Shown here in pieces: positions 41,958 through 53,139 of a stretch of DNA of 64,000 nucleotides (the stretch's first letter is position 1; each line of letters begins with the position of its first letter). The stretch comes from Alphaproteobacteria bacterium. Lineage in GTDB: Bacteria > Pseudomonadota > Alphaproteobacteria > UBA828. The stretch is taken from the NCBI GenBank assembly GCA_963422645.2, contig CAXXVO010000005.1, positions 32,001-96,000 on the forward strand, in the 5' to 3' direction. The translations under genes were made by a program, and so were the position numbers. The notes beneath the pieces were generated by a model that worked only from the letters and a program-made list of their open reading frames with translations, searched no databases and had not been told where the DNA came from.

Positions 41958-43847
41958 GTAACTGCCCAGGTCGTCTGATTTGTCATTTTGGGCCAGTGGA
42001 TTGAGGCGTTTCTCGTTCGGAGTTGGTGGAAAGGGCTTGACGGGAATTTCGGGAAATGACTCAACAACGACATGAGCAATCCCGAGTCGCCGCGCGGCCC
42101 TTCGACGGGAGCAGCGCCCGAAACGCCCGCGCAGAAGATCGCCCGCCTGGAGGAGGAGAACGCCCGGCTTCGGGAGGAAAATGCCTGGCTTCGGCAGCAG
42201 AACGCGCGGCTGGAAGAGCAAGTCGCGCGTCTCGTCGAGCGCATCGAGGAGTTGGAGCGCCGTCTCGGCCTCAACAGCGGCAACAGCGGCAAGCCGCCTT
42301 CGAGCGATGGGCTGAGGAAGCCGAATTCGAAGCGGCGAACCCGAAGCCTGCGCGGCAAATCGGGCCGCAAGCCCGGTGGCCAGCCCGGCCACAAGGGCAA
42401 GACGCTGCGCCGCGCCGATCACCCGGATCGGGTGAAGGATCACGTCCCGGCTTCCTGCAAGGGATGCGGTTCGCCGCTTTCGGACGCGGCCAGGGCGGGA
42501 ACGCCCGTCGCCCGCCAGTGTGTTCGATCTGCCCGAGCCGAGCCCCCTGGAGGTGACCGAGCACCGGGCGCATGCCAAGTGCTGCGGGCATTGCGGGACG
42601 GTGACCCGGGCGGCGTTCCCCGACGGGGTGTCGGCGCCGGTGCAGTACGGCCCGCGCATTGCCGGGGTGGCGGTCTACCTTCAGCACGCTCACTTCCTGC
42701 CGGAGGATCGGCTGTCGCAGGTGATGGCCGAGCTCTTCGGCGCGCCGGTGACGGCTGCGACGTTGGCGACGATGAGCGAGAGGGCGGCCGAGCGGCTTGC
42801 GGGACGCGGCCTTGCACATACAGGACCTGGCGGCGGGCACGGCGCGGGTGAAACACATGGACGAGACCGGCTTGCGGATCGGCGGTCAGACGCAGTGGCT
42901 TCATGTGATCTGCACGCCGCTGCTGGCGGCGTACCGGGTCAGCGGCAAGCGCGGCGCCCTGCTCTCGGGTGTCTCCGGCATCGTCGTGCACGATCACTGG
43001 AAGCCGTACTTCGCGATGGAAGGGGTGGAGCACGGCCTGTGCAACGCCCATCACCTGCGGGAGTTGCAGGCGCTGGTGGACATCGAAGGGGAGGCTTGGG
43101 CCCGGCGGATGCAGCAGCTCCTGCGCCGAGCCAATCGCGCCGCCCGCATCGCGCTGGACAAGGATATCGCCGTTCCGGCGAGGCTTGTGGCGCTGATCGA
43201 GCGCCGATACGACGAGATCATCGCCGATGCGCTGGCCTTTCACGAGAGCCAACCACCGTTCTCGCCTGGCAAGAGGAAGAAGCGCCGGAAGCGAAGGATC
43301 GGTCACAATCTGGCCTTGAGGCTGCGCGACCACAAATGCGCGGTGCTCCGGTTCCTGATCGACCTCGAGGTCGGGTTCACGAACAACGAGGCCGAGCGCG
43401 ACCTTCGGATGATGAAGCTGCGCCAGAAGATCTCCGGGGGCTTCCGGTCCGCGCAGGGGGCCGAGAACTTCGCCATCCTGCGCAGCGTCATCACCACCGC
43501 CAGAAAGCAGGGCTGGAATATCATCGAAGCCCTGACCAGCCCATCGGATCGGCTCATCGCCACCGTCAAGTGCGCGTAAGCTCACCTGGCACGGGTTCTC
43601 CAACAGCGGAGCCATTCTCATAAACGATCATGGTCGACGCCGTGCTGGACCACCCCATAGAATGAAAATCGGTGCCCGTCGCGCGGGCGGACTTCGGGCC
43701 ACATCGGGGTAGCTTACCGGTCGCAGTCCGCAAGAGGGGCATCGTGAGCTGTGAAACCCGGCGACCCCAGAGGAGCACACGGGCGTCGCGTGGGTAGCGT
43801 TGTGCCGAATCCCAGAGAATTTTCACAGCAAGAACCTGGGCAGTTAC
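41958..43847 (+). mobile_element. IS66-family element, copy 2 (1890 bp)
   Basis: Same inverted repeats as copy 1; 8-bp TSD GGAAAATC at 41950-41957 and 43848-43855. Confidence 0.96.
42072..43579 (+). pseudogene. IS66 transposase with two frameshifts (~42518, ~42797)
   Basis: Motifs distributed over three frames. Confidence 0.9.
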
Positions 43848-43904
43848 GGAAAATCTTGGGGCCAGGTGCTTGACGCGCGCGCCTCCGTAGTCTCTAGTTC
43901 TCTC

Positions 43905-43957
43905 ACGTGGCGATTTGAGCGACCGGCTTGCGGCCACGTTAAACAACCGCGCTAAAA
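43905..43957 (+). ncRNA. SAM-alpha (SAM-II class) riboswitch
   Basis: ACGTGGCGATTTGAGCGACCGGCTTGCGGCCACGTTAAACAACCGCGCTAAAA upstream of metZ. Confidence 0.85.
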
Positions 43958-43971
43958 GGTCGAAGGGAGGG

Positions 43972-43998
43972 ACCCCGGCCAGCGCGGCCGGGGTTTTT
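43972..43998 (+). terminator. Riboswitch-associated hairpin / intrinsic terminator
   Basis: ACCCCGGCC-AGCGC-GGCCGGGGT followed by a T run. Confidence 0.65.
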
Positions 43999-44002
43999 GC
44001 AT

Positions 44003-45204
44003 ATGGGGCGGAGGACACGCGAGCGGGCCTGGTCGCAGGCCACCCAACTGGTGCGGGGCGGGACCGAGCGCTCGCATCACGGCGAAACCAGCGAGGCGCT
44101 CTACCTCACCTCGGGCTACGTCTACGACACGGCAGCGCAAGGCAATGCGCGCACGGCGGATGAAGAAGCGGGTTATGTCTATGGCCGCTTCGGCAATCCC
44201 ACCGTCACCATGTTCGAGGACCGCCTCGCGCTGATCGAAGGCGCGGACGCCTGCCAGGCGACCGCCACCGGCATGGCCGCGGTCTTCACATCCCTGATGA
44301 GCCAGCTGCGCGCGGGCGACCACGTCGTTGCGTCCCGCGCGTCATGTTCGGCGCCTGCTACGTGGTGATCGACCAGCTGCTGCCCCGCTACGGCATCGAG
44401 ACCGACCTCGTGGACGGCACCGATCTCGACGCCTGGGAGCGCGCGCTCAGGCCGGAGACCCGCTGCATCTTCCTCGAAAGCCCCGGCAACCCGACCATGC
44501 CGGTGGTGGACATCGCCGCGGTCTCCGCCCTCGCCCACGGCGTCGGCGCCCGCGTCGTCGTGGACAACGTGCTCGGCATGCCGACCGTTCAGCGCCCCCT
44601 CGCCCTCGGCGCCGACATCGTGGTCTATTCCACCACCAAGCACATCGACGGCCAGGGCCGCTGCCTGGGCGGCGCCATCCTGGGCGACGACGCGTACTTC
44701 GCAGACGACCTCGTGCCCTTCATGCGCACCACGGGGCCGGTCATGAGCCCCTTCAACGCCTGGGTCATGCTCAAGGGCCTGGAGACCCTGGAGCTGCGCA
44801 CGGAGCGCATGTGCGAGACCGCGGCGCGGCTCGCGGCGTTTCTCGAGGACCACCCGGCCGTGGATGCCGTTCACTATCCGGGCCTCGCGAGCCATCCCCA
44901 GCACGCGCTTGCGGCGAAACAGATGAGCCGGGGCGGCAGCGTGATCGCGTTCGAGCTCACGGGCGGTTGGGACGCCGCCTTCCGCTTTCTCGATGCGCTG
45001 GAGCTGATCGACATTTCCAACAACCTGGGCGATTCCAAGAGCCTCGCCACCCAGCCCGCCAGCACCACGCATCAGAAGATCGGCGCGGACGCCCGCGCCC
45101 TGCTCGGAATCGGCGACGGACTCGTGCGCTTCTCGGTCGGGCTGGAAGCGGAGGCGGACCTGCGCGCCGATCTGGAACACGCGCTTGCCGCGGCGGGAGG
45201 CTGA
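44003..45204 (+). pseudogene. metZ: O-succinylhomoserine sulfhydrylase, frameshift near 44342
   Basis: HGETSEALYLTSGYVY, YGRFGNPT, YSTTKHIDGQGR, ISNNLGDSKS; split over two frames. Confidence 0.85.
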
Positions 45205-45298
45205 GTCGCTCCCGCAGCCGATCTTCTGTGGCGCGGCGCGTGGTGCGGGTTTAGGCTGCGGCCAGTATCGATAGCGAGTCTGATCCGCAGCAACGCCC

Positions 45299-46051
45299 AT
45301 GAGCCTGCTCGAAGTTCACGAACTGTCTCGGCATTTCGGCGGCCTCGCCGCCGTCAACAACCTCACCTTCACGGTGGACGAGGGCGAGATCCACGGGCTG
45401 ATCGGCCCGAACGGCGCCGGCAAGACCACGACCTTCAACGTCATCAGCGGCTACTACAAGCCGACCGCAGGCGACATCGTGTTCGGCGGCCGCAAGATTT
45501 CCGGGCTCCGCCCGAGCCGGATTGCATCGCGAGGCGTGGTCCGCACCTTCCAATCGACCACGCTCTTCCAGGAGCTCACCGTTCTCGAGAACGTGCTGAT
45601 CGGCTGCCACATGCGCTCGCGCGTGGGGCCCTTCAGTGCGCTGCTCGGCACCAGCCGCCACGCCGAACGGGAATCGGAGGTGCGCGCCCAGGAGATTCTG
45701 GAGTTCATGGGCCTGGGCGACCGCCGCGGCGACGAGACCGTCAACCTGCCGCACGGCCATCAGCGGGCTCTTGGCATCGCCGTGGCGCTGGCGGCCGAGC
45801 CCAAGCTGATTCTGCTCGACGAGCCCTTCACCGGCATGAACCCCGAAGAGACGCGGAAGATGATGGTGCTGGTCGAGCGCGTGCGCAGCCAGGGTGTCAC
45901 CATCCTCCTGGTCGAGCATGACATGCAGGCGGTCATGGGGCTGTGCGACCAGATCACGGTGCTGAGCTTCGGCGAGCTGCTGGCGGAAGGCACGCCCGAG
46001 CAGATCCGGGCCGATCCGGCTGTGATCGAAGCCTATCTGGGAACCGCCTGA
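45299..46051 (+). CDS. Branched-chain amino acid-type ABC ATPase (LivG-like)
   Basis: GPNGAGKTT, VRTFQ, LLDEP, LVEHDM, IEAYLG. Confidence 0.92.
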   Translation: MSLLEVHELSRHFGGLAAVNNLTFTVDEGEIHGLIGPNGAGKTTTFNVISGYYKPTAGDIVFGGRKISGLRPSRIASRGVVRTFQSTTLFQELTVLENVLIGCHMRSRVGPFSALLGTSRHAERESEVRAQEILEFMGLGDRRGDETVNLPHGHQRALGIAVALAAEPKLILLDEPFTGMNPEETRKMMVLVERVRSQGVTILLVEHDMQAVMGLCDQITVLSFGELLAEGTPEQIRADPAVIEAYLGTA

Positions 46052-46759
46052 ATGCTCTTCGAGATCAAGTCGCTCTCGGTCCACTACAACAAGGTGAGAG
46101 CGTTGCGCGCGGTCTCGATGGAGGTCGACGAGGGCGACATCGTGACCCTGATCGGGGCCAACGGCGCCGGCAAGAGCACGACGCTCCGCACGGTGTCGGG
46201 CCTCGTGCGCGCCAGCGCGGGCGAAATCTGGTTCGACGGCGCGCGCATCGACAAGCTCCCTCCCGACGAGGTGGTGAGGCGCGGCATCGCGCACGTGCCC
46301 GAGGGCCGGCATGTCTTCCCCGAGCTTACGGTCTTCGAGAACCTGAACACGGGCGCCTTCCTGCGGCGCGACAAGGACGGGATCAAGCAGGACCTCGAAG
46401 CCGTCTACGAGCGCTTCCCGCGGCTCAAGGAGCGGCGCACCCAGTACGGCAAGACCCTCTCCGGCGGCGAGCAGCAGATGCTGGCGATCGGCCGGGCGCT
46501 CATGGCGCGGCCCAGGCTCTTGCTGCTCGACGAGCCCTCCCTCGGGCTCTCGCCGGTGATGGTGCAGGAGATCGCCAAGATCGTCGTCGATATCAACGCC
46601 CGCGGCGTGCCCGTGGTGCTGGTGGAACAGAATGCGGAACTCGCGCTCAAGCTCGCGCGCTACGCCTATGTGTTGGAGACCGGCCGCGTCGCGCTCGAAG
46701 GCGAGGCCGAGCGGATTCGCGACGACCAGCACGTCCGCAGGGTGTATCTCGGCGGCTAG
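46052..46759 (+). CDS. Branched-chain amino acid-type ABC ATPase (LivF-like)
   Basis: GANGAGKST, VPEGR, LSGGEQQMLAIGRALM, LDEPSLGL. Confidence 0.93.
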   Translation: MLFEIKSLSVHYNKVRALRAVSMEVDEGDIVTLIGANGAGKSTTLRTVSGLVRASAGEIWFDGARIDKLPPDEVVRRGIAHVPEGRHVFPELTVFENLNTGAFLRRDKDGIKQDLEAVYERFPRLKERRTQYGKTLSGGEQQMLAIGRALMARPRLLLLDEPSLGLSPVMVQEIAKIVVDINARGVPVVLVEQNAELALKLARYAYVLETGRVALEGEAERIRDDQHVRRVYLGG

Positions 46760-46782
46760 GCCTCGTAAGGCCGGGTAAGCCT

Positions 46783-49700
46783 GTGGAAACCCGCGAGCTC
46801 TTCTGGGAGATCACCTCCCTCGGACACACGCTCTTCTTCGTGGTGGCGGGGTTGGCGATGGCGGTGGCTGCGGCCGGCGTTGCCTGGCACGTCTACCGCT
46901 ACGCCCGCGCACGCCGCAGCCCTGTGCCTGTCCATCCCTGGCGCGGCTTCTGGCGCATGGTGTTCGACGTCTTCTCGCAGCGGACCGTGCGCCGGCGCGA
47001 CCGTGCCGCGGGCCATGCCCACACGCCGGTCATGTACGGCTTCCTCCTGCTGCTGGCCGCCACCAGCATCATCACGGTCGAGTACGACATCTCGGAGCCC
47101 TTCTTCGGCTTCACCTTCTGGCACGGCGACTTCTATCTCGCCTTCAGCCTGATCGCCGATCTCGCCGGCCTCGGGCTCATCGTCGGCGTCATCTACATGA
47201 TGTGGCGGCGCTGGCAGGTCCGCCCGGCGAAGCTGGTCTACCGGCGGGAGTATCGCGGCGAGACCGAGGAGCGGCCGGGCGCCCGCGCCTGGCTGCGCGA
47301 GGACGCGCTCTTCCTGTGGGCGCTGCTCCTGATCGGAGTGACCGGCTTCCTGCAGGAGGGCGTGCGCCTCGCCATGGATCAGCCGCCCTGGGGGCCCTGG
47401 TCGCCCGTGGGCTGGGTGCTCGCTCAGATCTTCCTCGGCCTCGGCATGGACGAAGCGGGCGCCGCCGCCGTGCGCCGGGCCAATTGGTGGATCCACGGCA
47501 TCGCCGCTCTGGCCTTCATCGCGGCGATTCCCTGGACCAAGGTCAAGCACATCATCGCCGTGCTCGGCTCGCTGTCGACCCGCGACCCCCTCGCCCTGCG
47601 CCGCCTTCCCAAGCCTGCGCCCGCCCGCGCGCCTGCCGAGAAGGACGCCGAGGAGGAGGTCGGGTTCGGCAGCATCGGGCAGTTCTCGTGGAAGGACCTG
47701 CTCAACCTCGACGCCTGCACCAAGTGCGGGCGCTGCCACGAGGCCTGTCCGGCCACCGCCAGCGGGGCCCCGCTCAGCCCGCGCGACCTGATCCTCGACC
47801 TGCGTTCCCACGCCGCACGCAGCGCCTTCAAACCGGGAGCGAAGGGCGCAGCGCTGATCGGCGATGTGATCGATGCGGAGACGCTCTGGTCTTGCCGTTC
47901 CTGCGGCGCCTGCATGGAGATCTGCCCGGTCGGCATCGAGCACCCGCCGATGATCGTGCAGATGCGGCGCCAGCTGGTCGAAGACGGCGCCATGGATCAG
48001 CAGCTTCGCGACACCCTCGACATGATCGCCAACCGCGGCAACAGCTTCGGCGAGAGCCCGCGCAGCCGCGGCGGCTGGACCGCGGCGCTCGAGTTCCCGG
48101 TCAAGGATGTCCGCGCCGAGCCGGCCGAGAACCTCTGGTTCGTGGGCGACTACGCCTCCTACGACCCGCGCAACCAGGATGTCTCGCGCACGGTCGCGCG
48201 CCTCTTCCGCGCCGCCGGGCTCGACTTCGGCCTGCTCTACGAGAGCGAGCGGACCGCTGGCAACGACGTGCGCCGGGTCGGCGAGGAAGGCCTCTTCGAA
48301 TCGCTCGCCGAGCACAATCTGGCGGAAATGGGCGCGGCCAAGCAGTTCGACGCGATCGTGACCACCGACCCCCACAGCTACAACACAATCCGCAACGAGT
48401 ATCCCGACTTCGGCGATGTCGCGCCGATCCGCCACTACACGAGCGTCCTCACCGAGCTGCTGGAGAGCGGGCGTCTCGCCGTCACGAAGCCCCTCGGCAG
48501 GCGGGTGACGCTCCACGACCCCTGCCATCTCGGCCGGCTCAACGGCCACTACGACGAGCCCCGCCGCGTGCTGGAGCTGATCGGCTGCGAGCTGATCGAC
48601 ATGCCGCGCTGCCGCGACAACTCCTTCTGCTGCGGCGCTGGCGGCGGGCGCATCTGGATGCCCGATCCGGTGGGCAAGGAGCGCCCCTCCGAGAACCGGA
48701 TGCACGAAGCGGCGTCTCTCGGTAATCTCGACACCTTCGTCGTCTGCTGCCCCAAGGACCTGACCATGTTCGAGGACGCCCGCAAGACCAGTGGCCACGA
48801 AGGCGACTTCGTCGTCCAGGACCTGGCGGAGCTGGTCGCCGAGGCGATCGATCTCAAGAGCATCGACCTCAAGGAGGTGCCGGCGCTGGTCGATCGCATC
48901 ACGGAGGCCGCCGCAACCCGCATCGCCGATACCGTGGCGGACCGGCTGGCCGAGCGCCTCGCCGAGACCGTGACCGAGCGGGTGCTGAGCGAACTTTCGG
49001 CACGCACGCCTACGCTCGCCGCAGCGGCTGCGCCGCCGCCGCAGCCCGCGCCGGCGGACGAGCCACAGGAGCAGGCGGAAGCGCCACCGGCCGCAGGGCC
49101 GTGGCGCCCGGCACCGGTCAGCGCGGCGGCGCTGCCTCCCTACGAGGTGCCGGCGAAGGAAGGCCCCCGCGTGCTCGTCGCGGTAAAGCGGGTCGGCGAG
49201 CTGAACCCCGACTTCGCCATCGACGAAGCCGGCGGCACGATCGCCGACGAGCACTTCGAGTACGAGTTGAACGAGTGGGACGAGGCGGCGCTGGAGGAAG
49301 CGCTGCTGCTGACCGAGAAGCTCGGCGCGGGCGAGGTGGTCGCCGTCACCATCGGCCCGGACGATGCCGAGGAGACCCTTCGCCGCGCGCTCGCCAAGGG
49401 CGCGCACCGGGGCGTTCGGGTGTGGGACGAGAGCCTGCGCGACGCCGACCCGGTGACCGTCGCCCGTGTGCTGGCGGGAGTCGCCGCGCAGGAGACGCCG
49501 GACATCGTGCTGACCGGCGCGCAGTCGGCCGATCTCGGCCACGGCGCCACGGGCTCCGCTCTGGCGCGCATCCTGGGCCTGCCGCACGCGGCCGTCGTCC
49601 TCGGCATCGAGTGGGATGGCGCGGGCGCGATGACCGTCACCCGCGAGCTTGAAGGCGGTATGCGCCAGCAGTTCGCGCTGCCGGCGCCGGCGCTGCTCAC

Positions 49701-49938
49701 CGTGCAGACCGGCGGCAACACGCCGCGCTACGCCACCATGCGCATGATCAAGCAGGCCAGGAAGAAAGCGATCGCAGTGGTGGACGGCGCGGACGTCGGC
49801 CTCGATCAGGCGGGCGCCGTCGTGCGCCGGCTCTACGAGCCGCCCAGGTCCGGGCGCGCCGCGATGATCGAGGGCGATCCGGCGGCCGTCGCCAAGGCCA
49901 TCGCCGACCTGATTCGAGACAAGCGGGGAGAGGCGTGA
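46783..49938 (+). CDS. Membrane Fe-S/CCG oxidoreductase (FadF/EMO-like) fused to ETF beta subunit
   Basis: TM region; CTKCGRCHEACP and CRSCGACMEICP; HDPCHLGR, FCCGAGGG; then VLVAVKRV, NEWDEAALEEAL, GAQSAD, PRYATMR in a single frame; GTG start inferred. Confidence 0.88.
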   Translation: METRELFWEITSLGHTLFFVVAGLAMAVAAAGVAWHVYRYARARRSPVPVHPWRGFWRMVFDVFSQRTVRRRDRAAGHAHTPVMYGFLLLLAATSIITVEYDISEPFFGFTFWHGDFYLAFSLIADLAGLGLIVGVIYMMWRRWQVRPAKLVYRREYRGETEERPGARAWLREDALFLWALLLIGVTGFLQEGVRLAMDQPPWGPWSPVGWVLAQIFLGLGMDEAGAAAVRRANWWIHGIAALAFIAAIPWTKVKHIIAVLGSLSTRDPLALRRLPKPAPARAPAEKDAEEEVGFGSIGQFSWKDLLNLDACTKCGRCHEACPATASGAPLSPRDLILDLRSHAARSAFKPGAKGAALIGDVIDAETLWSCRSCGACMEICPVGIEHPPMIVQMRRQLVEDGAMDQQLRDTLDMIANRGNSFGESPRSRGGWTAALEFPVKDVRAEPAENLWFVGDYASYDPRNQDVSRTVARLFRAAGLDFGLLYESERTAGNDVRRVGEEGLFESLAEHNLAEMGAAKQFDAIVTTDPHSYNTIRNEYPDFGDVAPIRHYTSVLTELLESGRLAVTKPLGRRVTLHDPCHLGRLNGHYDEPRRVLELIGCELIDMPRCRDNSFCCGAGGGRIWMPDPVGKERPSENRMHEAASLGNLDTFVVCCPKDLTMFEDARKTSGHEGDFVVQDLAELVAEAIDLKSIDLKEVPALVDRITEAAATRIADTVADRLAERLAETVTERVLSELSARTPTLAAAAAPPPQPAPADEPQEQAEAPPAAGPWRPAPVSAAALPPYEVPAKEGPRVLVAVKRVGELNPDFAIDEAGGTIADEHFEYELNEWDEAALEEALLLTEKLGAGEVVAVTIGPDDAEETLRRALAKGAHRGVRVWDESLRDADPVTVARVLAGVAAQETPDIVLTGAQSADLGHGATGSALARILGLPHAAVVLGIEWDGAGAMTVTRELEGGMRQQFALPAPALLTVQTGGNTPRYATMRMIKQARKKAIAVVDGADVGLDQAGAVVRRLYEPPRSGRAAMIEGDPAAVAKAIADLIRDKRGEA

Positions 49939-50903
49939 TGGCCGGTATCCTCGTCGTCGCCGAGCACTTCGACGGTGTCCTGCGCGACGTCACGCTGGAG
50001 ATGATCGGCGCTGCTGCCGAGCTCAAGGACGGCCTCGGCGGCCCGCTCGCCCTCCTCGTCATCGGTCAGGATGTGGACTCGCTCGCCTCTGCGGCCAACC
50101 GCGAAGGGGTCGACGAGATCGTCACCGTCGCCCGGGCGGACGCGCATTTCGATCCCGCGCTCTATGAGGAGGCGGCGTGCGCCGTCGCCGAGGCGCGGCA
50201 GGTCCGGCTGGTGCTGATCGGCCACACCGCCGCCGGCATGGCCTTCGGCCCAGCGGTCGCCGCGCGGCTCGGCTCGGGCTTCGCGTCGGACGTCTTCGGG
50301 CTTTCGGCGGAGGGTAGCGAGCCCATCGCGACCCGCGGCGGCTACGGCGGCAAGGTCTCCATGGACCTCGCCTTTCCGAACAGGCCCGTGATCGTGCTGA
50401 CGCTGCGGGGCGCGACCTTCAAGGCGCCCGAAGCAAGGGGCGAGGCGAGCATCGTTCCCTTCGCGCTCGAACTCGACGCCCTGCCCGGCGCCGGCCGCCA
50501 CATCGACTATCTGCCGGCCCCGCCCGCCGACGTGGATATCGGCAAGGCCGAGTTCATCCTCTCGGTCGGGCGCGCCCTCGGCGAAGACACGAACCTGCCC
50601 CAGTTCGCGGCGCTGGCGGAACGGCTCGGCGCCACCCTCGGCTGCTCCCGCCCGGTCGCGGATTCGGGCTGGCTGCCCAAGGCCCACCAGGTCGGCCAGT
50701 CCGGCACGATCGCGGCCAACTGCTCACTCTACCTGGCTCTGGGAATCTCCGGCGCGGTCCAGCACCTGGCCGGGATGAAGCACGTGGACACCATCATCGC
50801 GGTCAATACCGACCCGGAGGCGCCGATCTTCAACGTCGCCCACCATGGCGCCTGCGCGGACATCTTCGAGCTCGCCGAGGCTCTGGAGCGCGAGTTCAAC
50901 TGA
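49935..50903 (+). CDS. etfA: Electron transfer flavoprotein alpha subunit
   Basis: [38 protein letters not shown]. Confidence 0.93.
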   Translation: MMAGILVVAEHFDGVLRDVTLEMIGAAAELKDGLGGPLALLVIGQDVDSLASAANREGVDEIVTVARADAHFDPALYEEAACAVAEARQVRLVLIGHTAAGMAFGPAVAARLGSGFASDVFGLSAEGSEPIATRGGYGGKVSMDLAFPNRPVIVLTLRGATFKAPEARGEASIVPFALELDALPGAGRHIDYLPAPPADVDIGKAEFILSVGRALGEDTNLPQFAALAERLGATLGCSRPVADSGWLPKAHQVGQSGTIAANCSLYLALGISGAVQHLAGMKHVDTIIAVNTDPEAPIFNVAHHGACADIFELAEALEREFN

Positions 50904-50915
50904 GGCGCCCTGCCC

Positions 50916-52030
50916 TCACTCTAGTGGCGCGGAACGCTCCAACACGCGAATGCGACTCAAGAGCTGGTCCTTGTCCAAGTAGCAGCCCTGCAGATGCCGC
51001 CCCCCGGTCCTGGGGTCGAACGCGGCGCGCCCGTGCAGGACCCGCCGGTTGTCGAAGATCAGAAGCTCGCCCGGGCTGAGCCGGTAGCGGCACTCCAGCG
51101 CCGGGTCTCGGATCACCACGGCGAAGGCGCGTAGTGCGCGGCACAGCGCGCCGATGCGCTCCGGCGGGGCGCTGATTGCGTCCATCACCGCGAAATTGAA
51201 TCGCACCTCGGCGAGGGCACCGGCCTCGTCCAGGCCGATGGTCGGGGCGCGGAAGCGAATGTCCGACTCGTTATCCTGGAAGCGGAAGTCGATGGGGAAG
51301 CGGGTCAACAGCCGGTAGGCCGCGGGCTCCCGCCGGCGCAACTCGTCCGCCGCACGGAAGCCGTCCACGAGGACCGAGTCGCCGCCCTCGGCGTCGTTCT
51401 GCAGGCAATGCAGCAGCTGGTAGTCGGGCGGCCGCTCCCAGTTGGGCAAATCTGTGTGGCAGGGCAGCCCGAGCGCCGTATAGGCATTGCTGTTGGGCTC
51501 CTGCTTCGAGAGCACATCGAAATGCTCGCCGAAGTTGGTTGCCCGTGCGGGGCCGATGAGACCCGCGAGGCCGAGTACGCTGAGCGGCTCGCGCGGGGTG
51601 CCGCGCAGGACGGCGACACCGAAATCGCGCAGGAGATGGAGCCAGTCAAGGAGAGCGCCGTCGCTGCTTGTGACCGCGCGATAGTCCGCACTCGGCATGG
51701 CTGCCGAGAGTTCGGCGTCCCATGTGGCAGGCGCCGGGCCGCATGGCGAGTCTTCGTCGGCACCGCCGCGATGACCCCTGAGCCAATCCGAATCGTAGTC
51801 GCTGACATGGTCTTCGGGCTGCCATTGGACCCGGAGCCCGCCCGCGTCGGTGATCGAGACCGACCCGGCGTCGAGGTCCGGCGGCACGGAGAGGGGATCG
51901 AGAATTCGCTCCAGCGTCTCCGGGTGCCTGCATTGCGGACAACGACAATTGTCCCGCAGCCAGAGGTGGTGGAATGTCGCGGCGGCGCCGTCGTCCCAAG
52001 TGACGCGAAGGGAGCGCGGCTGCCGCCTTA
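50916..52030 (-). CDS. Gamma-butyrobetaine dioxygenase-like TauD-family enzyme (start codon not evident)
   Basis: [44 protein letters not shown]. Confidence 0.82.
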
Positions 52031-53104
52031 CGCTGCGGAGTCGACCGCCTCCCGCACCAGCTCGTGAAAGTAGAACACGCCGTTCTCGTGCAGCGGGCTG
52101 AGCGGGCCCGCCTCGTACACGCCGGCTTCTAGGTTCTCCTGAATGAGTGGCGTGATCCATTGGTCCTCCTTCGAAACCTGGACGCCGTAGTCCAGCGTCG
52201 CCTCGAAGTCCTCCATGCTGACCGAGTCCGGCCGCCAGTAGTCGTAGACCAGGCGCGTCTGGCGTGGGCCGACCGGCTCCATCCGCATGAAGGAAAGCCC
52301 GTCCGGGTAAGAGTTGAACGCAAAATGAGGAAAACGCCAACCGAAAGCGCCGGGGTGGGTCGAGCTCCCCTTCGTCGGAGCCTCATGCAGGCTGCCCCCT
52401 TCGAAGTTGACGACCCTGTAGCGCTTCCAGTCGAGATCACGATTCAATCCGGGGTGCAGCGGAGGGATGTGATAGCCCTCCTGGTAATTGTCGACATAGG
52501 TCTTCCAGTTGCAGTCGACAACAAACTCCAAGTGGCGTGCGAATTCGGCTTGCGCCGGCGCGGTCCCTTCGACCACGTCCCCGATCGGGCCGAGCCACTC
52601 GATGAGCGGGGGCGCCTCCGGGTCCAGGCATACGAAGATCTGGCCGCGCCAGACATCGACCGAGATCGGGAACAGAGACAACTTGTCCTTCGGGAAGTCC
52701 GGCGCCTCGCCGAAGAGCGGCACATGATCGAGCGCGCCGTCGGAGCGGTAACGCCAGCCGTGATAGGGGCACTCGATGGCGTTGCAATGCCCGCTCGGCT
52801 CCATCAGCAGCTTGGAGGCCCGGTGCCGGCACACGTTGTGGAAGCCGTGGAGCGCTCCCTCTTCAGAGCGACGCACAAATAGGGGAAATTCGGCGGGAGC
52901 AGCGGTGATGTACTGTCCCGGCTCTGCCACTTCGCTCTCGCGCCCGATCCAGAGCCAATGGCGCGAGAAGATGCGTCGACGTTCGATCCGATAGATGTCG
53001 GGATCGGCGTACCAGCGCGCCGGCAGCGCCCACACGGTGGCCGCTTCCATCCGCTCCTTGATGCCACCGTCGAGGTCGTTGGCCGATCGTCCCGCAGAAG
53101 CCAT
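52028..53104 (-). CDS. Rieske oxygenase alpha subunit (choline monooxygenase-like)
   Basis: NVCRHRA, CPYHGW, NWKTYVDNYQEGYHI..LH. Confidence 0.88.
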   Translation of the reverse strand: MASAGRSANDLDGGIKERMEAATVWALPARWYADPDIYRIERRRIFSRHWLWIGRESEVAEPGQYITAAPAEFPLFVRRSEEGALHGFHNVCRHRASKLLMEPSGHCNAIECPYHGWRYRSDGALDHVPLFGEAPDFPKDKLSLFPISVDVWRGQIFVCLDPEAPPLIEWLGPIGDVVEGTAPAQAEFARHLEFVVDCNWKTYVDNYQEGYHIPPLHPGLNRDLDWKRYRVVNFEGGSLHEAPTKGSSTHPGAFGWRFPHFAFNSYPDGLSFMRMEPVGPRQTRLVYDYWRPDSVSMEDFEATLDYGVQVSKEDQWITPLIQENLEAGVYEAGPLSPLHENGVFYFHELVREAVDSAA

Positions 53105-53139
53105 CGCGCGCCCTCACCCTTCAACCGCAGCGGCCGTCG

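Noticed and set aside
45943-46782. N-terminal extension of the 1331-aa ORF
   Set aside because: Out-of-frame overlap with livF; homology starts near 46783.
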